A stretch of DNA of 64,000 nt, from IMG/VR virus record IMGVR_UViG_3300034104_003795, positions 186,001 through 250,000 of that record; one strand, 5' to 3'. The position numbers and the translations under genes were made by a program. Positions 38,100-47,156 of the stretch are shown here, in pieces (within the stretch, counting starts at the first letter, position 1; every line of letters begins with the position of its first letter). The notes beneath the pieces are model-generated. The model saw only the letters and a list, made by a program, of their open reading frames with translations, did not search any database and had not been told where the DNA came from.

Positions 38100-39266
38100 T
38101 TAACCTATATAAATTGCTAAAGGTACTTTTCGTAACATTTCTTGATGTGCAGTAGCTTCCGTGTTTCTATTTTCAAACTGCTTTGTTCTACTTAATTCTT
38201 CCAAAGTTTCTCTTAATTGTGTCATAAGAGATTCTTTTTCCGTTTGAGCTTCACTTCTTAATGCAGCTCCATCTAATTGAATTTCTGCTCCAGGTATTGG
38301 AATTTGTGAATATTTTTCTCTCACAGCACCTAACATTTCTTTTACCAATGCAAGTGTATATTTTCTAATCCATTGTTTACCCACATCATTAATACCACCG
38401 TATTCCATAAAATCATAAGGAATATCAGAATAATCAGAAATCACATCCGGTGTTACGTTTGTAGAGTTGGTCACAAATTCATCTCTTACAAAATAATCAA
38501 AATGCAATTTTCCATAAAGATTAATATGCTGTGTAGTTGGTCTTGGGAATACTCTAATTTTACCATTTACAATATTAAAAGTAAATGCCGATTTTCTGAA
38601 TTGGTCATTAAATTCAATTGCTTGAATTCTCAACATATCTTCAAATATTGGCATTAATATAAATTGTGCTGCTGGAGAGTAAGAACCAAATCCAAATTCA
38701 TCAATAAGGTTTAACGTACCTTGTCCACTTACCGAATATGGGTCAAAGAATCTATTAATTGCAGGTACCGGGTCGTGAAATACTTTAACAATTTCAATAC
38801 GCTTTCCACTTTCAGAAACCGCACTCCAAAGAGTATCTAAATCATATTCTTGTTGTCCGGCCTGTAATTCTATGTACCCTTTCTTAATATCGGTATTTCC
38901 ACCAACTCCGGCTAAAGTTCCATACGCATCAGAAATACCAATTAAAGTTGGTAGATTTGAACCCTGAACTAATTTGCTTGAAAGATTTGTACTTTTAGAT
39001 TTTCCCCTTAAAGTATCCAAATTATTACGAATGTTGAATTGGTTTACTTGCGCACCATATTCCGATACGGCTTCTTCCAAACAAGCGTAAAAATTTTCAT
39101 CTAAAAGTTCTATATTTTGAATAGGATACCCCAATCTTCTAGCACACCACAGTGCCACCTTTGGAGCTTCTTCTTGAAAGATATAATCATCATCGTATAT
39201 TCCAAAGGGAGTTTGTCCCGGAAAGAACGAAGATGAACCAGGATATATTAATGTTTCTAATGCCAT
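38100..39266 (-). CDS. gp13: Neck protein, T4 gp13-like
   Basis: WCARRLGYPIQNIEL...CLEEAV...WIRKYTLALVKEMLGAVREKYSQIPIPGAEIQLDGAALRSEAQTEKESL. Confidence 0.85.
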   Translation of the reverse strand: MALETLIYPGSSSFFPGQTPFGIYDDDYIFQEEAPKVALWCARRLGYPIQNIELLDENFYACLEEAVSEYGAQVNQFNIRNNLDTLRGKSKSTNLSSKLVQGSNLPTLIGISDAYGTLAGVGGNTDIKKGYIELQAGQQEYDLDTLWSAVSESGKRIEIVKVFHDPVPAINRFFDPYSVSGQGTLNLIDEFGFGSYSPAAQFILMPIFEDMLRIQAIEFNDQFRKSAFTFNIVNGKIRVFPRPTTQHINLYGKLHFDYFVRDEFVTNSTNVTPDVISDYSDIPYDFMEYGGINDVGKQWIRKYTLALVKEMLGAVREKYSQIPIPGAEIQLDGAALRSEAQTEKESLMTQLRETLEELSRTKQFENRNTEATAHQEMLRKVPLAIYIG

Positions 39267-39292
39267 TATAAGTACTTATTTTAATCGTTACC

Positions 39293-39301
39293 TATAAATA
39301 T
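39293..39301 (-). promoter_or_regulatory. Late-promoter-type motif upstream of the neck operon
   Basis: TATAAATAT on +. Confidence 0.62.
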
Positions 39302-39322
39302 TAGAAATGAAAAGAATAGTGT

Positions 39323-39493
39323 TTAGTATCCAACTCTTGATTTATATGCAGCATGTAGTGTTTGGATATCTGCTAATGTCAATGCTCCATTATATACTTT
39401 CACAAATGCCACATCCCCAGTCACAGGTTCACTACTTAATATGGAAGTTGTAAATCTACCAAATAATCTTAAACCATTAAATGCAATATTCAT
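39323..39493 (-). pseudogene. 56-aa orphan ORF resembling the C-terminal end of a LamG/ConA-like lectin domain (probable relic)
   Basis: Translated by hand: MNIAFNGLRLFGRFTTSILSSEPVTGDVAFVKVYNGALTLADIQTLHAAYKSRVGY*. Below the 60-aa cut-off of the track. Its frame is closed by a TAG three codons upstream. Confidence 0.6.
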
Positions 39494-39494
39494 A

Positions 39495-42400
39495 TTATGC
39501 TATTTCGTAACTTCCGTTCCAAATAAATCTATCACTTGTTGCCCAAGTAAATGGTCCAGTTGCATTTACATCACTAGCAGTTCCAGCTACATTTTGATAT
39601 TGCATAGGTGCTTTGTGATTAAATCCTGCTCTTGCTCCTGCCATTGTAGCGTTGTACCAATTAGAACCATTATCTAATAAAGTTACTGTCATTAAGATAG
39701 CATCTGCATGTGATGCCGTAAATGGCATTGATACATACCACTCCCCAGTACCAAATGTTGTTGTACTACCCATAGCAATATTACCTCTTACGAAACAAGT
39801 CTTTCCAATTACTTTGTAGTATCCTTCTATTGTTCCATTGTTAATTACAGGGTTTACAGATGCTGCTGTCCACTCTGGTGTATATGCTGTCCATCCGTTA
39901 TCAATTCTACTTTGGTTTATAGTTACCGAACCAGTTAAGTTTGTTGATGCTGATACAATTAATGAACCAGTTATAGTTTGATTTCCTATAAATAAGTTTG
40001 AACCCGTCACTGCAAATGAAGATGTTGGAATTGGAGTTGCTACTGAATCCTTATTACCTACCCAAAAATACCCCTCTTGTATATTAGGAACATCATTACT
40101 TCTACCAGCTCCCAATACAACACCACCACCATTTACACCAACTTTAGTTACAATACCTAAGTTTTGAATAAGATTAGAACCCGTTGGTTTTGTTTGTGTC
40201 CAACCACCATTTGCCCCAACCCATAACGGGTCTCCAGCAGTTAATCCAGTTGTATTCACTCCTTGAATTGCTCCAATTGCAATACCCAATCCTTCTTCCT
40301 CATCATCTAAATCTTGTGCTAAGATGTAAGTTGCGGGCATTGTTGATGCAACCGATGCGGATGCTGCGATTACCAAAGTATTAAATCCAACAGTTCCAGT
40401 TGAATGAACCGGTGTTCCTTTTAATAAAGTTGTACCACTATCGTTTTTAACATATTCATAAATGGTTTTTGGAACTTCCATTGTAAGTACATTATTTACT
40501 CCCAATGTTGGAACTTCTACACCATGTTGACTATCTGCAAAGTTTAGAGTTGGATATGTTATTTGATTGATAACAACCGAACCACTAAGATTAGCCGATG
40601 CAGTTACTATTAATGAACCACTTATAGTTTGATTGCCAACAAAAATGTTTGAACCAGTTGTTGCGTATGAACCTGTCTTTGAGTTTAGCGATGCAGATGT
40701 TTGTAGTATTCTACTTATCACACTATCGTTAGAACCAGTGTATGTATTTAAAGATGCGGTTGTTTGTAGTATTGCACTTATCACACTATCGTTAGAACCA
40801 GTGTATGTATTTAATTCAGTTAATTGAGCACTACCACTAACAACACCACCTAAATATTTAGTTGCCGATACCGTTCCTACCCTTAATGTATTTGTTGAAG
40901 AATTATATCTTATATTATTGTTACCAGCAATTGTAGCTGAATTTACTGCAACTGCATTTGAGAATAGTAAATACGATTCAAAATCTTGCGTAAGTGAATA
41001 TAGTAACATTGTTCTTGCATTGTCCGATACCATACTATATGATGATGATGCTATCAATGAACCACTAACCAATGCTACTGATTTTAATGATGCCGTATAT
41101 GCCATCAACCCACCATCAATTCCAATAGAAGAACCAGTGTAATTATTTAATAAAGTTATATCAGCTCCTCCACCTACACCAAATGAAGATGTTGCTATTT
41201 GTAATGTGTTTTTTCCAGTATTATCACCAACCCAAACATATCCTTCTCTTAAAGATGCGGTAAAGGATGAACTTACATTTAATGAACCAGTTACAACTAT
41301 ATCACCTGGAGTTGTTAGCGTTCCATATTGATTAAACGTCCATGTTTTTGCTAACTCATTATCCTCAAATACAGTTGTTATGTTAAATTGTCCAGTATGT
41401 AAAATACCTGCCCCATTTGTATCAAATGAAATGTTTCCACCTTTAAGATTAATATTAGGAGTATCTACTTTAACCGATGCACTTATACTACCACTTACAT
41501 TTAATGAACCAGTTATCTCCACACCATTTACACCAACAATAGAAACTATTTGTGCACTATCATCTATTTTTAAGTAATTGCTATCGTCACCAAAGTAGTT
41601 GAAATCTGCGTTACCTTTAAAGTGAATATCAGTACCCAAGGGTGCAGCAGTATTATAAATTTGAAAATATCTTGCATCATTGACATCAGGTTGTAAATAT
41701 ATTGAACCAGTTCCTTTTATTATTTCATTTACTATTAATGAGCCATTTACATTCAATGAACCAGTTATCTCCACTGCATTTTCTGCAGCGTATATTAGAT
41801 TACTTCTATTATCACCATCACCAATTCCATTACCTACAATAAAAGCGGATTGTACGGGTGATACAAAATTATATTGACCTGTTACGTGTTGTCTTTGACC
41901 TAATGCTATTGTTTGATAACCTTCGGCATGTGAATATGAACCCGATGCTATTGTTTCTTGTCCTTCAGCATGTGAGTAATCTCCTATTGCTTGTGTAAAA
42001 TCTCCTTCAGCATGTGAGTAGTTTCCTATTGCTTTAGTAATACTTCCTTCAGCATGTGATTGTTCTCCGGTTGCTAGATTTCCCTCTAATCCGTGAATAA
42101 GAGAACCTGTTATAGTTTGATTACCATTAAATTGATTTGAACCGGTTGTTGCTACACTTCCAGTAAAATTATTGAAAGATGATGTTGTTACTAAATTAGC
42201 AACTCTCATTATGTTAGCTCCATTAGGTGCACTTAAAGTACCATCTAATCCAAAAACCCAAGGACCTGCACTACTAACCGCAGTTGATGTTTCAATTTGA
42301 AATTCTCTACCCGCCACAGGTTTAATACCAACCATACCAGTTCCTCTGTCTGAATTAAAAGTAATGTTTGGTAGTTTAGTTCTACCATTCGATTCGAAAC

Positions 42401-43655
42401 TCCAAGAGTATCCGTTATTTGTAATATTCAATCCGCCACTTATAGATGTCGAACCACTTATTGTTTGGTTTCCTATAAAATTTGCAGGTCCGATATTTGT
42501 GAAAGTACCCGATGATGATACTGTTAATGAACCCGTAATCTCTATTGTATTTGTTGTTGCCCATTTAGAACCAGTTAGTGCGAATAAAGAATCTCCTCTT
42601 AATCCAGAAGTTCCAGATGTTCCTGATGTGCCACTACTACCAGTTTCTCCACTAACACCAGAAGTTCCAGATGTACCGCTACTACCATTTTCTCCACTTA
42701 CTCCAGACGTTCCCGAAGTGCCACTACTACCACTTACTCCAGAAGTTCCTGATGAACCACTTACACCACTAGTCCCACTACTTCCACTAACACCAGAGGT
42801 GCCACTTGTGCCACCACTTCCGCTTACTCCAGATGTTCCCGAAGTGCCACTTGTTCCAGATGTGCCGCTTGTACCTAATGCTCCTGTCTTTGTTAAATAG
42901 AAAGCGTATTCATTTCCATTTGGTACTCCCGTAAATTCAGTTATATTTCCACCTGTTGATGTTAAAGTCCAAATATCTTTATTAGGTGGTGTATTTTCAT
43001 TATTAGTTTGTGGTGCTCCAAAATCTATTGTAAAACTTGGATATGTTGGGTTTAATGATTTTAAAGTCCAATTCTGAGAACCAGTCCCAGCATAATTCAT
43101 ATACTCATTAATCAATGCCGATTTTGCAATAGCAATACTTCCAACACCATACGCATTATAATTAAAATAACCATAATCTACAGTATAACTACCAGCACTA
43201 CCACCATCAAATATTTTTAATGGTATGAATGCCGTAAGTCCCGTAGTTCCAGAGGTGCCGCTTGTTCCAGAAGTTCCTGATGTGCCATTACTTCCACTTA
43301 CTCCAGATGTTCCACTGCTTCCAAAGAAAGTTCCATTTAAACCAGATGTTCCTGATGTTCCATTTGAACCACCTGCCCCAGTTATACCATTTGAACCGGA
43401 TGTACCTGATGTACCAGATGTCCCTATTCCAGAAGTTCCTGATGTGCCGGTTACTCCGCTTGTTCCAGAAGTTCCCGAAGTACCAGTATCAAAACCTCTT
43501 GGTCCTACCGGTCCTTGAACTCCTGCCGTTGCTATTATTATTTCCGGCTGTGAAGTTTGGACAGTTATTTCCGTTATCGCAGTTTCAATTGCAACATTTG
43601 TTTTTGGTATTTCAACTTGGACAGTTGTTATATCTTTGTTTATTTGTATTGACAT
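39495..43655 (-). CDS. Mosaic collagen-like tail/head fibre protein (1386 aa)
   Basis: GVQGPVGPRG then Gly-X-Y Ser/Thr tracts, SHAEG YadA-head-like repeats, coiled-coil segments, C-terminal GYYKVIGKTCFVRGNI...GEWYVSMPF fibre-tip domain. Confidence 0.8.
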   Translation of the reverse strand: MSIQINKDITTVQVEIPKTNVAIETAITEITVQTSQPEIIIATAGVQGPVGPRGFDTGTSGTSGTSGVTGTSGTSGIGTSGTSGTSGSNGITGAGGSNGTSGTSGLNGTFFGSSGTSGVSGSNGTSGTSGTSGTSGTTGLTAFIPLKIFDGGSAGSYTVDYGYFNYNAYGVGSIAIAKSALINEYMNYAGTGSQNWTLKSLNPTYPSFTIDFGAPQTNNENTPPNKDIWTLTSTGGNITEFTGVPNGNEYAFYLTKTGALGTSGTSGTSGTSGTSGVSGSGGTSGTSGVSGSSGTSGVSGSSGTSGVSGSSGTSGTSGVSGENGSSGTSGTSGVSGETGSSGTSGTSGTSGLRGDSLFALTGSKWATTNTIEITGSLTVSSSGTFTNIGPANFIGNQTISGSTSISGGLNITNNGYSWSFESNGRTKLPNITFNSDRGTGMVGIKPVAGREFQIETSTAVSSAGPWVFGLDGTLSAPNGANIMRVANLVTTSSFNNFTGSVATTGSNQFNGNQTITGSLIHGLEGNLATGEQSHAEGSITKAIGNYSHAEGDFTQAIGDYSHAEGQETIASGSYSHAEGYQTIALGQRQHVTGQYNFVSPVQSAFIVGNGIGDGDNRSNLIYAAENAVEITGSLNVNGSLIVNEIIKGTGSIYLQPDVNDARYFQIYNTAAPLGTDIHFKGNADFNYFGDDSNYLKIDDSAQIVSIVGVNGVEITGSLNVSGSISASVKVDTPNINLKGGNISFDTNGAGILHTGQFNITTVFEDNELAKTWTFNQYGTLTTPGDIVVTGSLNVSSSFTASLREGYVWVGDNTGKNTLQIATSSFGVGGGADITLLNNYTGSSIGIDGGLMAYTASLKSVALVSGSLIASSSYSMVSDNARTMLLYSLTQDFESYLLFSNAVAVNSATIAGNNNIRYNSSTNTLRVGTVSATKYLGGVVSGSAQLTELNTYTGSNDSVISAILQTTASLNTYTGSNDSVISRILQTSASLNSKTGSYATTGSNIFVGNQTISGSLIVTASANLSGSVVINQITYPTLNFADSQHGVEVPTLGVNNVLTMEVPKTIYEYVKNDSGTTLLKGTPVHSTGTVGFNTLVIAASASVASTMPATYILAQDLDDEEEGLGIAIGAIQGVNTTGLTAGDPLWVGANGGWTQTKPTGSNLIQNLGIVTKVGVNGGGVVLGAGRSNDVPNIQEGYFWVGNKDSVATPIPTSSFAVTGSNLFIGNQTITGSLIVSASTNLTGSVTINQSRIDNGWTAYTPEWTAASVNPVINNGTIEGYYKVIGKTCFVRGNIAMGSTTTFGTGEWYVSMPFTASHADAILMTVTLLDNGSNWYNATMAGARAGFNHKAPMQYQNVAGTASDVNATGPFTWATSDRFIWNGSYEIA
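41900..42075 (-). repeat. Four 14-aa YadA-head-like repeats (T.A.G.YSHAEG)
   Basis: ATGEQSHAEG SITKAIGNYSHAEG DFTQAIGDYSHAEG QETIASGSYSHAEG YQTIALG. Confidence 0.8.
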
Positions 43656-43656
43656 C

Positions 43657-44037
43657 CTATCGAGTTACGTTTTTAGATAACTTAACTTTACCTTCCAATA
43701 AACGGGTAACTTCATTACCTTTTACCAATTCTAAATCGTAAAATGCTTCACCAAAATTTAATGCGGATGAAGATGCTGCAGATATATACACTCCAATTGA
43801 ACCACTTGCTAATGGAGTTATGAAATTAGAACCACTTAAATTGATTCCCGTATTATCAGCCTTTAAAGATGATGATAGTGAAAGAAAGACATCAGATGAT
43901 TCAACACCCGGTCTGATTTGCATTCTAGCCTGATAACCGCTTAAATCAACTGCTGAACCTGTTTCATCGTTCCAATTGATTTGAAAATTTGTTGTTGCTC
44001 CCTGCTCTATTATAAAAGAGTATTTTCCTGCTGCCAT
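43657..44037 (-). CDS. Small Ig-like virion adaptor protein (126 aa) preceding the fibre gene
   Basis: MAAGKYSFIIEQGATT...VDLSGYQARMQIR...FYDLELV...VTRLLEGKV, a widespread phage fibre-attachment-type family. Confidence 0.7.
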   Translation of the reverse strand: MAAGKYSFIIEQGATTNFQINWNDETGSAVDLSGYQARMQIRPGVESSDVFLSLSSSLKADNTGINLSGSNFITPLASGSIGVYISAASSSALNFGEAFYDLELVKGNEVTRLLEGKVKLSKNVTR

Positions 44038-44059
44038 ATAAAAATCGGTTTAATACAAC

Positions 44060-44068
44060 TATAAATAT
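44060..44068 (-). promoter_or_regulatory. Late-promoter-type motif just downstream of the capsid terminator
   Basis: TATAAATAT on +. Confidence 0.62.
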
Positions 44069-44091
44069 AAAATTGTTGGAAAGGGGTAAAA

Positions 44092-44129
44092 TAAAAAAAG
44101 GGAGTGATTTCTCACCCCCTTCTTTTTTT
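44092..44129 (-). terminator. Intrinsic terminator after the major capsid gene
   Basis: Minus strand AAGGGGGTGA-GAAA-TCACTCCCTT (10-bp stem with one G-U, GAAA tetraloop) followed by a T run; a T run on the other side suggests it is bidirectional. Confidence 0.9.
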
Positions 44130-44157
44130 ATGAATCGTTAGTTAGATTACATTAAGA

Positions 44158-45822
44158 TTAGATATTAGCTAAATCTTTGATGTAAATCTTTCCGTAAAAT
44201 TCTGGGCGAACCATCTTCTTAGCGTAACGAGTCATCACACCTCTACGCGGAGTAAAGTTTTGTGGGTCGTACACTAATGGAGTCATAATCAATGGTACAT
44301 ATGGAGCGTAAACAGCACCAGTCTCAAGGAAGTTATTTCCTCTGAAGCCCATTAAGATTTCGTTAGAAGTCATATAAGGGTTTTTGTACACAGTGAATCT
44401 GTTACTCATAGAACCAACTGCAGTTACACCAGCTGCGAATTGTAAAGCGTCTTTATCAGCATTTACAGTAAAGCCAGGAATTGATTCTAAAATAGTACAT
44501 ACATCAGGAGATGCAACTACGAAGTTAGCACCACCACGAAGTGTTAATTGGTGAATCTTGTTAGAAACTTTGTTCAACTTAACACCTAATGTTTGATACC
44601 AAGAATTCTTAGTATAGTAAGTGTTTGCTCCAGAAGGAACTGAAGAACCCCATGCACCTGTTCCAGTTGCACCGTTGTTTAAGTATTCTTCACCAATTGT
44701 TGCTGACCAGTATTCAGTAGTTAATGCGTTAGCTTTTAACATATCTAAAATTTCTAAATCAATCTCTAAAGAGATGTAATCAGATAACATAGAAGTTAAT
44801 TCAGCTTCTGCATCAATTGAATGGTAAGCGTTTAAGTCTTGCGCTAATTCAGGAGTCCATACTGCTTTCAACTTACGAGTCTTAGCAACGATAGCCTCTG
44901 ATTTTAATTCAAGATCAATTTCAGGAATATCTAATGCAGTTGTTGTGTTACCTGCACTGTTAGCTGTTTGGTCTTCGAAGTCACCTCTATCGTAAGATAC
45001 TGGTTGCTCAGAATAAACAACAGTTGAAGTACCAGCCGCTGCAGGTATTACACCATTAGATGCTGAAACAAATAATACTACGTTGTTAGAAGATACATAG
45101 TTAAATTCGTTGATGTTTGAATTTAAAGTACCAACGCCAATAGCAGTAACGTTAAATGAACGAACTGCTTCAGAATCAACAGTTGTAGGAAGTTGGTTTG
45201 CACCACCTGCTTTAGAAACTGTTAATTTGATGATTCTACCAGCTGCTACTGAAGCAGATAATGCACCATCAAATCCTACATCAGCCCAAGAAGCTGAAGC
45301 TGCAGTTGTAGTTAAAGAAGCTGCAGATGCATCGTTTACAGAGTAGCCATATCTAGCTTCACCATAAAGACCATTTTCAGCTGCATTAGTTCTACCAAAG
45401 TTAGTTGCAGAACCAGTTACGTTAGTACCACCAAAAAGTGATTTACCAGCGAACTGACCGTTAGCACCTTGAGAAGAACCATATTTGAAATCCAAGAAGA
45501 ATACAAGACCAGAAGGTAAGTTCATTGGTTGTACGCTTACGAATTCTTTTGCTGCGATTTCACCGAAGATTCTTCTTACTAACGGTAAAGCCACACCAGA
45601 CCACTCTTCAGAACCAGTAGAAGTACCAGTTTGAGTTGCCTCATCAAGCAATTGCTTTGCTTGGTTTTCTAACAATACAGCCATGCTGTGTTGTTCTCTT
45701 TCTTTTAAACCTTCAAGAAGACCAGTTTTTTCCCATTTGCTTTTTAACTGACGAGTTTCAGCTAACATTACTGCTTGTGGGTTTTTGCCTTCCATAAGTT
45801 TTCCTAAATCAAAATTTGCCAT
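44158..45822 (-). CDS. gp23: Major capsid protein, T4 gp23-like
   Basis: KWEKTGLLEGL...LLENQ...LPLVRR...VSVQPMNLPSGLVFFL...KTRKLKAVWTPELAQDL.AYH.IDAE.EL...PYVPL...DPQNFTPRRGVMTRYA. Confidence 0.96.
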   Translation of the reverse strand: MANFDLGKLMEGKNPQAVMLAETRQLKSKWEKTGLLEGLKEREQHSMAVLLENQAKQLLDEATQTGTSTGSEEWSGVALPLVRRIFGEIAAKEFVSVQPMNLPSGLVFFLDFKYGSSQGANGQFAGKSLFGGTNVTGSATNFGRTNAAENGLYGEARYGYSVNDASAASLTTTAASASWADVGFDGALSASVAAGRIIKLTVSKAGGANQLPTTVDSEAVRSFNVTAIGVGTLNSNINEFNYVSSNNVVLFVSASNGVIPAAAGTSTVVYSEQPVSYDRGDFEDQTANSAGNTTTALDIPEIDLELKSEAIVAKTRKLKAVWTPELAQDLNAYHSIDAEAELTSMLSDYISLEIDLEILDMLKANALTTEYWSATIGEEYLNNGATGTGAWGSSVPSGANTYYTKNSWYQTLGVKLNKVSNKIHQLTLRGGANFVVASPDVCTILESIPGFTVNADKDALQFAAGVTAVGSMSNRFTVYKNPYMTSNEILMGFRGNNFLETGAVYAPYVPLIMTPLVYDPQNFTPRRGVMTRYAKKMVRPEFYGKIYIKDLANI

Positions 45823-45847
45823 TTTATTTTATTTTTTTATGGATTGT

Positions 45848-46966
45848 TTATTTTACGATACCAGCTAATTGCTTAAAGCGGTTAGCTAATTCGTTTGAGC
45901 TTTCAGCGATGATTTCTTTTGCTGGAGCTGTTGTAGCTTGTGGCTTAGAAGCAAAACCTTCGGTCATTGTCTTCTTAGCTGCTACTTTTCTTTCAGTACC
46001 AGTAAACTTCATGCTTTCTGCTAAAGTTGCGTAAACCAATTTAACTTCTCTTACAGAAGATGTTCTGTCTAAATTCTCAACTACTTTTACTTTTTGTTCG
46101 TTAGTTAAGTTGTAAGAACGGAACAATTTGTTTGCGTAAAGTAATTTTGCGTTTAACAAATTTACTTCATTAATAGTGCCTTTTAAAGATTTGATTGTAG
46201 AAATTGCTTCTGCCAATTCTGCTTGAAGTTTTTCTTTTTCTTCATCATGCTTTGGTTCTTCAGCTTCTTTAACTTCTTCTTCATCATCACCATATCCCAT
46301 TTCACGTAAGATTTCATCTAAGTCGATTTCTTCTTCTTCGTGAGCTGGTTCTTCAGTTGGAACTTCTTCAGCTTCAACTGCAGGCTCAGCAGCTACTGGT
46401 TCTTCAACCGGTGCTTCTTCACCTTCTACTGCTGGTTCTTCTTCGTGATATTCATCACCTTCTTCACCTGCAATTTGTGCTTCTAATTCTCTAATGATTG
46501 ATTCTAAATCTAATTCGTCTTCGTCATCAGATTCTTCATCATCACCAAATTCAGGAGCATCTTCACCTTCTGATTGGTATTCAGCTGCATCTTCTGCTTT
46601 ATCTTCTGCAGAAGCTTCATCTTCAACTTCATTAAGGTCTTTAACTTTATCGTAGTCTTCTACTTCACCACCTACTTCCGCAGATTGGTTAGCAATACCA
46701 CTTAGGTCAGTGTCATCGTTGTTTGCTTTATCAGCTGGTTGTTTGTTATCACCACCACCAATTTCGCTTGATACATCATTGTTTTCTTCAACTTTATCTT
46801 CAACTTCTTCGTCATCAGCCATTTCTGCCTGAAGTTTCTTAGAAAGGATAGATTGTAATCTTGGAGTAAATGCTTCTTCAAGAGCGATTTTAGCGTTAGC
46901 AATAGCAGTTTCACGAACAGCTTTAGCATCAGCGATGGCTTCTTTCAACAATTTTGAACTTGCCAT
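45848..46966 (-). CDS. Prohead core scaffold protein (gp22-like)
   Basis: Very acidic, coiled-coil ends (LLKEAIADAKAVRETA...; INEVNLLNAKLLYANKLF...KLVYATLAES), immediately upstream of the capsid gene. Confidence 0.82.
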   Translation of the reverse strand: MASSKLLKEAIADAKAVRETAIANAKIALEEAFTPRLQSILSKKLQAEMADDEEVEDKVEENNDVSSEIGGGDNKQPADKANNDDTDLSGIANQSAEVGGEVEDYDKVKDLNEVEDEASAEDKAEDAAEYQSEGEDAPEFGDDEESDDEDELDLESIIRELEAQIAGEEGDEYHEEEPAVEGEEAPVEEPVAAEPAVEAEEVPTEEPAHEEEEIDLDEILREMGYGDDEEEVKEAEEPKHDEEKEKLQAELAEAISTIKSLKGTINEVNLLNAKLLYANKLFRSYNLTNEQKVKVVENLDRTSSVREVKLVYATLAESMKFTGTERKVAAKKTMTEGFASKPQATTAPAKEIIAESSNELANRFKQLAGIVK

Positions 46967-47118
46967 TTTTTCCTTATTTGTTAGGATTTCTTAAGCTATT
47001 GTAATGTGAGCTTAAATAGAATTATTAATTGGCGTTTTGGTCACTACTCATAGAACGAGAGTATTCATTTTACCAATAAAAAAACGTATATAAAATACGT
47101 TATTGTATCAATAAATAT
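46967..47118 (-). promoter_or_regulatory. Long structured leader of the scaffold-capsid operon with a variant late motif
   Basis: AATAAATAT at 47110-47118; inverted repeats at 47083-47101, 47045-47063 and 46991-47015. Confidence 0.5.
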
Positions 47119-47156
47119 ATAAAAATTAATAAAAACGTAATTTTCTAAAGAATTTT

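Noticed and set aside
39267-39274. TATAAGTA abutting the gp13-like start codon
   Set aside because: It leaves no room for a transcription start, and a full motif lies 26 nt further upstream.
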